Assembly (NCBI GenBank): GCA_017397685.1
Contig: JAFQID010000048.1
Span: forward strand, 1 to 58,668
Origin: Bacilli bacterium
GTDB taxonomy: Bacteria; Bacillota_I; Bacilli_A; RF39; UBA660
DNA length: 58,668 nucleotides
Direction: 5' to 3'
A program made the translations under genes and the position numbers. Positions 1 to 8,510 of this stretch are shown here, piece by piece (the stretch's first letter is position 1; the number at the start of each line of letters is the position of its first letter). Below the pieces are notes generated by a model that was given only the letters and a program-made list of their open reading frames with translations, ran no database searches and was not told the origin of the DNA.

Positions 1-525
1 GTTTTTATCTTTTATCGTCTGAGGATTTATTTTGGCACCAATACTATTTTCAAACCATGATCCCTCTATTATGCAATCATCAAATAGTCCAATTATTTTT
101 ACTCCGCCAAAGTCTACATTAGAACAATTTTTGTCTTTTACTGTTTGTGGGTTTATTTGTGCACCAATACTTCCTCTAAAATCAGCACCGCATATTTCAC
201 AATTATCAAATGGTCCTATTATTTCTACATCTGCAAAATCAACATTTGAACAGTTTTTTTCTTTTATAGTTTGAGGATTTATTTGTGCACCTAAGCTATT
301 AGTAAAATCTTTATTTACTATATTTAATCCATCAAACGAGAAATTAGTTAAATCTATTCCCCTTAATTCATTTAATTCTCTTGTTCCCGGAGTTTCTTCA
401 AAAAATAATAATTTTATTAAATCATTTGATAATTTAATATATTCTCCTGCTTTTAAATAATCCCATTGTTTTGCACTTATTTCTTTTTTTAGTAATTCTA
501 TATGTTTTACACTTCTTTTTTTCAT
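1..525 (-). CDS. Pentapeptide-like 42-aa repeat protein, 3' end runs off the window (not in ORF track)
   Basis: Manual translation from ATG at 525 (AGGAG RBS upstream) is open to position 1: MKKRSVKHIELLKKEISAKQWDYLKAGEYIKLSNDL...GAQINPQTIKEKNCSNVDFADVEIIGPFDNCEICGADFRGSI-GAQINPQTVKDKNCSNVDFGG...; 126-bp DNA period (gcac at 35, 161, 287). Confidence 0.8.
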   Translation of the reverse strand, partial: MKKRSVKHIELLKKEISAKQWDYLKAGEYIKLSNDLIKLLFFEETPGTRELNELRGIDLTNFSFDGLNIVNKDFTNSLGAQINPQTIKEKNCSNVDFADVEIIGPFDNCEICGADFRGSIGAQINPQTVKDKNCSNVDFGGVKIIGLFDDCIIEGSWFENSIGAKINPQTIKDKN

Positions 526-547
526 TTATAACTCCTATAAAATAATT

Positions 548-985
548 TTATATTTTTAAACTTTGTGTATATTCTTTGAGCAACTCTGGATCTAACGGAC
601 CAAATTTAATTCCTTTAAAACTCGCACCTTCTATATTACAGTTATCAAATGGCCCAATTACTTCAACATCACAAAAATTCACATTAGAACAATTCTTATC
701 TTTTACTGATTGAGGATTAATTCTCGCACCCATACTACCTTTAAAATTTGCACCTGATATTTCAATATCTTTAAAATCTACTTTTGATAAATCCAGGCCT
801 TTTAATGAAAAATTTTCTTTAATTTTAGTTTTTGTTTCATCTTCAAATATAAAAAACTCTATTAAATCTTCAGATATTCTTATATACTCTCCTTCTTTTA
901 ATAATTCTTGTCTTTTTAATAATATATTTAATAAAGCCAGTCTTTGACTTTCATCAAAAAACTCATTTAAATTATTTAAAACCAT
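548..985 (-). CDS. Pentapeptide-like repeat protein, paralog of 1..525 with a single 42-aa unit
   Basis: LKEGEYIRISEDLI and GARINPQSVKDKNCSNVNFCDVEVIGPFDNCNIEGASF align with the neighbouring ORF. Confidence 0.75.
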   Translation of the reverse strand: MVLNNLNEFFDESQRLALLNILLKRQELLKEGEYIRISEDLIEFFIFEDETKTKIKENFSLKGLDLSKVDFKDIEISGANFKGSMGARINPQSVKDKNCSNVNFCDVEVIGPFDNCNIEGASFKGIKFGPLDPELLKEYTQSLKI

Positions 986-1019
986 TATAAGTTTCCTTTC
1001 TAATTAAATATTATTGATT

Positions 1020-1048
1020 ATTATATATTTTAATTTTACATAAGTCAA
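1020..1048 (-). promoter_or_regulatory. Sigma-A-type promoter for the repeat-protein pair
   Basis: Minus strand TTGACT-17 bp-TATAAT. Confidence 0.7.
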
Positions 1049-1088
1049 TTTTTAAATTTAAAAAAATATAATGGTTAGTTATATTTTT

Positions 1089-1805
1089 TTAAAAATCTAC
1101 AACTTCTACTTCTTCTGGTTTATCAAGCTCACTTGTAAACTTTTTTACCTCTTGATTTTGCTCTTCGCTAACTATAGGTTCTAGTGGCTCAGCAATTTCT
1201 ATAGGTTCTAATATATTTTCAAAATCTGTATTTTTTATTTTTTCGTATCCGATTGGTTTTATATTTTCTGCTTTATATGGTTCTACTTTTTCTCTTAACT
1301 CAAGTTCACTTTTAAATATTGAATCTATTTCTTCTTTTTCTTCTTCTGTAAAGTCATTTTGTTTACTAATTTCTTCATCAGTCATAAGCAAACTCATATT
1401 ATCTGGTCTTGCGTTATCAAGCATTTTAAAATATTCATCATCACTAAGTTTATATTGTCTATCACTGTATGCAAGTAGTGGATAGAACATTAATGGAAAA
1501 AATACTAGACCAATGCGATAACCTTTAGATGCATTAAATACTTTTCCAAGTTTTATAGACATCATTGTTAATACTATTAAGTTAGTTCCAGGAAAGAAAA
1601 ATAATATTCCCCAGAATGTAGACATTTCAACAATTTCTAAAAGTGTAAATAGATTTAATACTGGATAGTATACACTTTTTACATCTTTATTAGCTTTTTT
1701 AAAAATATTTTTACCACCAATCATTATTATTAATGATCTAGCAAATGTCATACATAATACTATTATAGCAATTGTTATTATTAAATTAACGGTACTTGGT
1801 AACAT
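1089..1805 (-). CDS. DUF5684-like membrane protein with acidic C-terminal tail
   Basis: N-terminal TM segments with IFKKANK..YYPVLNLF..L and KLGKVF....IGLVFFP..YP.LAY pattern. Confidence 0.65.
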   Translation of the reverse strand: MLPSTVNLIITIAIIVLCMTFARSLIIMIGGKNIFKKANKDVKSVYYPVLNLFTLLEIVEMSTFWGILFFFPGTNLIVLTMMSIKLGKVFNASKGYRIGLVFFPLMFYPLLAYSDRQYKLSDDEYFKMLDNARPDNMSLLMTDEEISKQNDFTEEEKEEIDSIFKSELELREKVEPYKAENIKPIGYEKIKNTDFENILEPIEIAEPLEPIVSEEQNQEVKKFTSELDKPEEVEVVDF

Positions 1806-1898
1806 AGTTATTCTCCTTTATTTTATATATTTATGATACAATAAAGTTAAAAATAAAGCAATATTTTTTAATTATGTTCACTTTTTATAAAAAATGTA

Positions 1899-1927
1899 TT
1901 GCAAAATAATATTTTTTATTATAAAAT
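1899..1927 (+). promoter_or_regulatory. Promoter of the tRNA-Ile/tRNA-Glu pair
   Basis: TTGCAA-17 bp-TAAAAT about 20 bp before tRNA-Ile. Confidence 0.6.
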
Positions 1928-1947
1928 ATAAAAGTCAATGAGAAAAA

Positions 1948-2024
1948 GGGCTTGTAGCTCAGCTGGTTAGAGCGTTCGTCTGATAAGCGAAAGGTCGATG
2001 GTTCAAGTCCATTCAGGCCCACCA
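1948..2024 (+). tRNA. tRNA-Ile(GAT)
   Basis: GGGCTTG acceptor stem, TAGCTCAGCTGGTTAGAGC D arm, TTCGT-CT GAT AA-GCGAA anticodon arm, GGTTCAAGTCC T arm, encoded CCA. Confidence 0.97.
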
Positions 2025-2040
2025 TTTTGATTGATAACCT

Positions 2041-2116
2041 GGCCTGTTGGTGAAATGGTTAACACACACGCCTTTCACGCGTGCATTCACGGGTTCAAAT
2101 CCCGTACAGGTCACCA
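2041..2116 (+). tRNA. tRNA-Glu(TTC)
   Basis: GGCCTGT...ACAGGTC acceptor stem, CACGC-CT TTC AC-GCGTG anticodon arm, GGTTCAAATCC, encoded CCA. Confidence 0.97.
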
Positions 2117-2129
2117 TTTTTGAATAATT

Positions 2130-2151
2130 ATCCTCTTTATGAGGATTTTTT
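2130..2151 (+). terminator. Intrinsic terminator after the tRNAs
   Basis: ATCCTC-TTTAT-GAGGAT followed by a T run. Confidence 0.65.
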
Positions 2152-2191
2152 ATTTTCCCCCGAGAATGCACTATAACAAGTTTCATTTTAA

Positions 2192-2212
2192 AAACTACCG
2201 ATTTGGTAGTTT
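2192..2212 (-). terminator. Intrinsic terminator after hisS
   Basis: AAACTACC-GATTT-GGTAGTTT hairpin at the hisS stop. Confidence 0.65.
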
Positions 2213-3497
2213 ATTTTAATTTTGAATCTAATTCATTTATTTTTATTAATTCTTGCTCACCAGTTTCCATATTTTTAAGCGTTACTGATGCATTTTTTAT
2301 TTCTTCATCTCCGATAAGTATAACATATTTTATTTTTTCTCTATTAGCTATATTCATAGCTTTTTTTAATTTTATTGCATTTAATTCCGTAAGTACTCTA
2401 TATCCTTTTTGTCTTAGTATATTAGATACTTCAAATAAATATTTATTTCTTTCAAATGAATAAACATATATATCGTATTTTGTTTCATTTATAAATGGAC
2501 TTAATTTTAACAATTCATATATTGGTTCTAGTCCAAATGTCATTCCAATAGCAGGATATTCATTACCATTATTAAGGAAGTTTGTTATTATTTTATCATA
2601 TCTACCGCCCGCACCAAGCGCACTACTAAGTCGTTCTTCAGCATCAAATATTTCCCAAACACTTCCAGTATATATATCAAGGCCTCTTGCTAAAAAAGGA
2701 GTAAACTTACACATTTCTTTTAAACCTAAATCATTTATTAAACCACTAAGTATATTTAATTCTTTTAATCCTTCATTTAATAGTTCATTTTTTGAAGAAG
2801 ATAATTCAGTAGTTAAAGTTGTAAGATTCTTTCCTAAATATTCAAATACTTCATCAACTATTTTTTCTTTTGTATGCTCTAGTAGTTCTTTTTTTATTTC
2901 CTTAGCACTTATTTTATCAAGTTTATCTATTGAAATAATAAAACTATTTATATTTTCTTTTTTAACTTTTAAATGTTCTAGTAATCCTGATAAGAATTTT
3001 CTATTGTTGTATTTTATTATTACTTTTATATTTAATTTTTCAAATACATCTTTTATCATTGTAAAATATTCTAATTCAGCATATGGACTATTAAGCCCAC
3101 AAGCATCTACATCACATTGATAAAACTCTCTTCCTCTACCAGTTTTAACAGGTCCATTTCTAAATACTTTACCTATTTCATATCTTTTAAATGGTAAAAT
3201 TAACCCTTTATTCATTCCCATTACTTTCGAAAATGGTACGGTTAGGTCGTATCTTAATCCTATATTCCTTCCGCCTTGATCTGTTAACTTATATACTTCT
3301 TTAAGTATTTCAGCACCACCTGCATATTTACTAGCAAGCAAATCATAATAACAAAGCATAGGTGTTTCTAGTGGTAAATAACCATATTTTTCAAATGTTT
3401 CTCTTAATATATTAGTTATTTTATTTCTTATTAATTGCTCCTCTGGTAAATAATCATTTGTTCCTTTTAAATTCATTAATTTTATTTCATTTTCCAT
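2211..3497 (-). CDS. hisS: Histidine--tRNA ligase
   Basis: KGTNDYLP, LRYDLTVPF, KRYEIGKVFR, REFYQCDVD, RGLDIYTG, GAGGRYD motifs. Confidence 0.96.
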   Translation of the reverse strand: MENEIKLMNLKGTNDYLPEEQLIRNKITNILRETFEKYGYLPLETPMLCYYDLLASKYAGGAEILKEVYKLTDQGGRNIGLRYDLTVPFSKVMGMNKGLILPFKRYEIGKVFRNGPVKTGRGREFYQCDVDACGLNSPYAELEYFTMIKDVFEKLNIKVIIKYNNRKFLSGLLEHLKVKKENINSFIISIDKLDKISAKEIKKELLEHTKEKIVDEVFEYLGKNLTTLTTELSSSKNELLNEGLKELNILSGLINDLGLKEMCKFTPFLARGLDIYTGSVWEIFDAEERLSSALGAGGRYDKIITNFLNNGNEYPAIGMTFGLEPIYELLKLSPFINETKYDIYVYSFERNKYLFEVSNILRQKGYRVLTELNAIKLKKAMNIANREKIKYVILIGDEEIKNASVTLKNMETGEQELIKINELDSKLK

Positions 3498-3955
3498 TAT
3501 CTACTTCTTCCTATCCTTTCTTCTTCATAGTATGTTGGCATTACATTTGATACCATATACATTTTTTGCATTAAGTTCTTTTTAAACTCTTCTTCTAAAA
3601 TAATTATTTTAGTTAATATAGATTTAAATTCTTCTTTAGTAAGGTGCTCTTTATATTTATTCATAATTATTCCTTTTAATCTATTTAATTCATCTAATAC
3701 CATCGTAGTATCATCATCTGTAGTTCCTTCTTCATCGTTTAATATTCTTATCATAAACTCTAAGACTTTATCTATTTTTTTGTTAATTCTTTTCTTTATG
3801 AATGATGATATTAAAGCCTGATCAGTAATAATTATTTTTTTTGCCTTTATAGATAATCCACCCTTATTTTTTGGAAGAATGTCTAAACCAGTTATTTTCA
3901 CTTTATAATAACTAAGTTTAAAATCCGGATTATCTTTAACAATATTATATTTCAT
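3497..3955 (-). CDS. Hypothetical protein coupled to hisS (likely start ATG at 3955 after AGGTGG)
   Basis: Clean ORF between trmD and hisS with TAATG stop/start overlap at 3497. Confidence 0.7.
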   Translation of the reverse strand: MKYNIVKDNPDFKLSYYKVKITGLDILPKNKGGLSIKAKKIIITDQALISSFIKKRINKKIDKVLEFMIRILNDEEGTTDDDTTMVLDELNRLKGIIMNKYKEHLTKEEFKSILTKIIILEEEFKKNLMQKMYMVSNVMPTYYEEERIGRSR

Positions 3956-3967
3956 AAAAACCACCTA

Positions 3968-4618
3968 TTACTTATTTTTTAAATTTGTCATTTTTATTCT
4001 TTCTTGATTTCTATATTCGTCTATTAATTTATGATTACCACTAACTAATACTTCTGGCACTTTCATACCATTAAACTCTCTTGGCTTAGTATAAACAGGA
4101 AAGTCTAATAATTCACTATCAAACGATTCTGTTTCAAGACTTTCTTTATTTATTGTACCATCTAATAATCTTACTACTGAATCAGTTATTGCCATCGCTG
4201 GTACTTCCCCACCAGTTAGAATATAATCTCCTATCGATATTATTTCATCTGCAAAAGAATATATTCTTTCATCAAATCCTTCATAATGCCCACATATTAT
4301 AATTATATGTTTTTTATTAGTTAATTCTATAGCCTTTTGCTGGTTAAAAGTATTTCCTCTAGGAGCTAGAATTATTACATGAGACTCTTTTGTTCTTATA
4401 TCTTCTAAAGCGTTATAGATAGGTTCACACATAAGTACCATACCAGCTCCGCCACCATAAGAATAATCATCTACTTGACCATTTTTATAAGGAGTATATT
4501 TTCTAAAATCAATTATATTTATTTGTGCTATATTTTTATCTATAGCTCTTTTAATTATACTTTCACCTAAAAAACCCGTAAACATATTAGGAAATAAAGT
4601 TAATATATCGATTTTCAT
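3968..4618 (-). CDS. trmD: tRNA (guanine-N1)-methyltransferase
   Basis: MKIDILTLFP, VDDYSYGGGAGMVL, CGHYEGFDER, SIGDYILTGGE, VPEVLVSGNH. Confidence 0.97.
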   Translation of the reverse strand: MKIDILTLFPNMFTGFLGESIIKRAIDKNIAQINIIDFRKYTPYKNGQVDDYSYGGGAGMVLMCEPIYNALEDIRTKESHVIILAPRGNTFNQQKAIELTNKKHIIIICGHYEGFDERIYSFADEIISIGDYILTGGEVPAMAITDSVVRLLDGTINKESLETESFDSELLDFPVYTKPREFNGMKVPEVLVSGNHKLIDEYRNQERIKMTNLKNK

Positions 4619-4639
4619 ACTGCCTCCTTTAATTTTCTA

Positions 4640-5122
4640 TTATATCAAACCTTCTATATTTTTATAATATATTTTTCTTTCTTTTTTATCAATTTTTTCA
4701 ATAAAATTTTTATTATATGGTATATATTTTCCAGAAACTTTTATTATTTTATTTCCTGAGTCATTTCTATACTCTTCTACTTCGCCTAATATTTCATTAT
4801 TAAATACTACTTGCATATCAATTAATTCATCTATTAATATTTCATCTTCGCCAAGATTTAATGTTTCTTTTAAAATATATACTTTTTGTCCTTTATATTT
4901 AATTACTTCATTAATTGTTTCAATACCCTTAAACTTTACCATATCAAAGTTCTTATGTTTACGATATGTTTCAATAGTTTCTTTATTTTTTTCTTTTCCA
5001 ATATAAAGTTCATTATTTATTACAAAAACTTTTTCTTTATATTCAAAATCACTAATTAAACGCACCTCTCCTTTTAAAGCATGTGTGTTCACTATTTTAC
5101 CTATTAAAATATATTCATTCAT
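4640..5122 (-). CDS. rimM: Ribosome maturation factor RimM
   Basis: IGKIVNTHALKGEVR, PRC-barrel C-terminus, directly upstream of trmD. Confidence 0.93.
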   Translation of the reverse strand: MNEYILIGKIVNTHALKGEVRLISDFEYKEKVFVINNELYIGKEKNKETIETYRKHKNFDMVKFKGIETINEVIKYKGQKVYILKETLNLGEDEILIDELIDMQVVFNNEILGEVEEYRNDSGNKIIKVSGKYIPYNKNFIEKIDKKERKIYYKNIEGLI

Positions 5123-5855
5123 GTTTACCTCTAAATATATTATATAGTATTATTCCACTACTTACTCCAACATTTAAACTTTCACACTTTGCGCTCATTT
5201 CTATTTTAACCTTCATATCACTTTTTTCTATTAATTCTTCTCTTATTCCATTTCCTTCATTACCAAAAATTATCGCATATTTATCTTTATTTATTTGATT
5301 TATTTCACTTGTAGCATCAAGTGCTGTAGATATAACTTTAATATTTTTTTCTTTTATCTTAGGTATTATATTTTCAAGATCCTCTATTATTATATTTATA
5401 TTATATATCATTCCTACACATGAGCGAAGTACTTTTTTTGAATAAATATTTGCACAATCCTTAGAAAGTACAAGTGTATCTACACCAAATGCTACACAGT
5501 TTCTTATTATTGTCCCTATATTACCAGGATCTTGCACATTATCTAGTAATACTATTTTTTCCCCAAGCTCATTATTTTCTTTTATTTTTGATATTCCAAT
5601 TATTTTAGGAGTACTTTTTAAATCACTTATTGATTTCATTACTTTTTCAGAAACATAAATCAAATCTAAGTTTAAATAATTATCATAATCTATAAGAGCA
5701 TATGCTTCTAATAACATTTCGTTCTTATAAGCTTCTTCAATAAGATTATCATTTTCAATAATAAACTTTTTTTCTTTAAGAATATTTTTATTTTCTAATA
5801 ATTTTCTTATGTTTTTAATTTTTTGATTTTCTATACTTGTTATTATCTCTTTCAT
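5115..5855 (-). CDS. TrmH/SpoU-family RNA methyltransferase
   Basis: LDNVQDPGNIGTIIR, IFGNEGNG, ESLNVGVS SPOUT motifs. Confidence 0.9.
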   Translation of the reverse strand: MKEIITSIENQKIKNIRKLLENKNILKEKKFIIENDNLIEEAYKNEMLLEAYALIDYDNYLNLDLIYVSEKVMKSISDLKSTPKIIGISKIKENNELGEKIVLLDNVQDPGNIGTIIRNCVAFGVDTLVLSKDCANIYSKKVLRSCVGMIYNINIIIEDLENIIPKIKEKNIKVISTALDATSEINQINKDKYAIIFGNEGNGIREELIEKSDMKVKIEMSAKCESLNVGVSSGIILYNIFRGKHE

Positions 5856-5863
5856 ACGTACTC

Positions 5864-6496
5864 CTAATAATTTAATTTATTTTTTGATTCTTTATAATTT
5901 GGGGCATATTTTTTAACATATTTCCAAAAGTTAGGTGAATGATTAAACTCCAAGAAATGACATAACTCATGTATTATTACATAATCAATTTCTTTTATGT
6001 CATATCTTATAAGATTGCTATTAAGTTTTATTAGTTTTTGACTTTTATTACAGTATCCCCATTTTCTTTTCATTTTTCCAATTAATAATTTTGGAAAAGG
6101 AATACTTTCCTCAAAAACATTATAACATACTTTAAGTCTTTCGTTAAATATTCTTATTTGTTCATTTTTAAGAAATGTATTTAAATATGATAGATTTTTA
6201 ACATATACCTTATCTTCATAAAACTCTATTTTTGATATATTATTAAGTACTATTACATCATATTTTTTACCTAAATAATAAAACTTTTCATCCTTTTCTT
6301 TTTTTGCTTCTGTTTTTAATATCATTTTAGATATAGAGTCAATATTTTTTTCTATAAAATTCTTTATAATAGCATTAGGAGTTAAATAATTACAAGTAAT
6401 ATATATTCCATCTGGTTTAACTCTTAAATACATATTTTTATTGTTTTTTCTTTCAATGTTTATAGAATAATATTTATCATTAATTTTAATTTGCAT
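5864..6496 (-). CDS. YgjP/DUF45 (M48-like) zinc-dependent hydrolase
   Basis: MKRKWGYC, DYVIIHELCHFLEFNHSPNFW. Confidence 0.88.
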   Translation of the reverse strand: MQIKINDKYYSINIERKNNKNMYLRVKPDGIYITCNYLTPNAIIKNFIEKNIDSISKMILKTEAKKEKDEKFYYLGKKYDVIVLNNISKIEFYEDKVYVKNLSYLNTFLKNEQIRIFNERLKVCYNVFEESIPFPKLLIGKMKRKWGYCNKSQKLIKLNSNLIRYDIKEIDYVIIHELCHFLEFNHSPNFWKYVKKYAPNYKESKNKLNY

Positions 6497-6553
6497 AATA
6501 AATCACATATATATTATATAATAAATGGAAAATTATTTAAATAATAATATAAA

Positions 6554-6578
6554 ACTGATAAATGTTTTATTTATCAGT
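6554..6578 (-). terminator. Intrinsic terminator
   Basis: ACTGATAAA-7 nt-TTTATCAGT just after the 6584 stop. Confidence 0.6.
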
Positions 6579-6583
6579 ATATT

Positions 6584-8422
6584 TTATTCTATTCTATAAG
6601 GTGTTGTGTAGTTTCCTGTTCCATCTGATACTGTTGCGGTAGCTTTTAATGAAATTACCGGTATAATAAAATTTTCATTATTAACATCCATTGTACCAAT
6701 ACGATCAGAAACTGAAAACGCTCCAGTTGACAACGTTCCCATAGAATTAAACATATAGTATGGACTCATCGTCCAAAACTCAGTTCCATCCATATTTAAA
6801 TATAAAGTTTCGTTCATTTGCCCATAAACAGCTCCAGCAAAAGAAGCTTCATCAGCAGTCATAGTAGCTATTGGATAAGTTAATTTTCCATTTCCTCCCC
6901 AATTATCTCCACTTACTGTGAACTTATCTGCCGAACGTTCACATTTAAAAGTTGGTCTAGCATTAGCTTTAACCATCCAATTACTTATATCATATAATCT
7001 ATGTGTTGCTCCATAGTAAGTATTATCATCTGAACTTGAAGGATTACTTTTATCATTACAATACGGTACATTTGCTATATTATTTGAATATGATGCAAGT
7101 CCACTTGTACTATACCATTCGTCTATTACAGTTTTTAAATAACTCTCACCTGTACCATCATCCCAAACATATTCATTATAATTTTCGTTTTCACTACTCT
7201 CATTAAAAGGATAATATAAATTTAAAAGTCCTACATTAGTTCCCGTTACCGGACAAGTTCCATTTTTATATACCCCATTATATTTTAATCTTACTGAACC
7301 ATCTTCATTAGTTCTAATTATTCTCCAGCACATTTCATCATCTTTTTCATACACTTTCACAGCCTGACAACCATTATTATAAAAATCATCTTGGGTGCAT
7401 TCAGATTGCGTAGCATAATCAAAATACGATTCACCAGAAGAATGATATCCCCTATAAACTATAAAATCTTTCGCATATTTTCCATAAATTACATTATTAT
7501 TAATAACATTACCTCTAAAATAATATACTCTATCTCCAGTTCCATCGTTATTATAATCTTCTGTATATAACCCATTCGCAGTATAATATAAGCCATTAGT
7601 TATTTGTGTTGTATCAACTAAATCGTTCCATTCTTCATCCGTTGAATTTCCCTCTGATGTATATGCAAAATTAATATTTGCATCACTTTCTTCATTATTA
7701 TCTGCAAGTATCTTTTCATATAATGTAGGATTATTTTTAACTTTAAAATATACTGTACATTCAGTCGATTCAGTTAATGGTGTAACCGTTAGTGCTTTTG
7801 AATCATTATCCCAAGATACTGTTTCATTGTTAGTGCATGTATAATTATCCAGTTCATAATTTTGCTCTGAATCAAGTGAATTTGTTAATACTCCATCTAC
7901 ATATATTGCAATAATACTAATGTCATTTGTTATATAAACTCCAGTTACTTCAGTATATCCATTTGGAATTGTAACATTTTCTATTGTATTTGTTATATAT
8001 CCTGCTGCAACATCAAACTCCACTTCTATATTTGAAGATGATGAATTTGTTATTCTTATCAGTATTTCTCTTTTATTTGTTATCTCCCCTTTGGGTTCAT
8101 CAATGGTTTCATTATTATATTCTACTAATATATTTTGATTTGTCTTATATATTAATTTATAAAAAGATGGTACTGAATTAAGTGAAGTTATTTCAATCGT
8201 ATGTTCGGATTTACCTGGCACAGCAGTAATCTTAGTAGCTGCATTGTTATTTATTTTCATAGAATACATAAGCGAACCTATATACATTTCACTAGTTCTA
8301 TAATTATCCGATGAAAATATAAAAGACGAATAAGAAAACGCAATTAAAGGACAAAGTACCGTAATTAAAAGCGTTGCTAGTAAATATTTTTTAGATTTTG
8401 ATTTGAAATAATATTTAAACAT
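6584..8422 (-). CDS. Secreted or membrane-anchored hypothetical protein (WRIIR...GTG..TPY family)
   Basis: N-terminal hydrophobic segment ending IAFSYSSF; YYFRG..NN, WRIIRTNEDGSVRL, FWTMSP, GTGNYTTPYRIE. Confidence 0.75.
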   Translation of the reverse strand: MFKYYFKSKSKKYLLATLLITVLCPLIAFSYSSFIFSSDNYRTSEMYIGSLMYSMKINNNAATKITAVPGKSEHTIEITSLNSVPSFYKLIYKTNQNILVEYNNETIDEPKGEITNKREILIRITNSSSSNIEVEFDVAAGYITNTIENVTIPNGYTEVTGVYITNDISIIAIYVDGVLTNSLDSEQNYELDNYTCTNNETVSWDNDSKALTVTPLTESTECTVYFKVKNNPTLYEKILADNNEESDANINFAYTSEGNSTDEEWNDLVDTTQITNGLYYTANGLYTEDYNNDGTGDRVYYFRGNVINNNVIYGKYAKDFIVYRGYHSSGESYFDYATQSECTQDDFYNNGCQAVKVYEKDDEMCWRIIRTNEDGSVRLKYNGVYKNGTCPVTGTNVGLLNLYYPFNESSENENYNEYVWDDGTGESYLKTVIDEWYSTSGLASYSNNIANVPYCNDKSNPSSSDDNTYYGATHRLYDISNWMVKANARPTFKCERSADKFTVSGDNWGGNGKLTYPIATMTADEASFAGAVYGQMNETLYLNMDGTEFWTMSPYYMFNSMGTLSTGAFSVSDRIGTMDVNNENFIIPVISLKATATVSDGTGNYTTPYRIE

Positions 8423-8510
8423 GATAACAACTCCTCTATTTTATATTCTATTAATAATTTTATCACTATTTTAATTTAATGTCATTAAAAAAATGCACTT
8501 TCATGCATTT

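Noticed and set aside
32-274. Plus-strand 80-aa ORF with an internal repeat
   Set aside because: Antisense shadow of the real minus-strand repeat protein at 1..525
1948-2116. tRNA genes as integration sites for an island
   Set aside because: No duplicated tRNA 3' end and no integrase found in the window
5115-5117. Mollicute genetic code 4 (TGA = Trp)
   Set aside because: Conserved Trp residues use TGG, ORFs are full length under code 11, and TGA ends genes with typical overlaps
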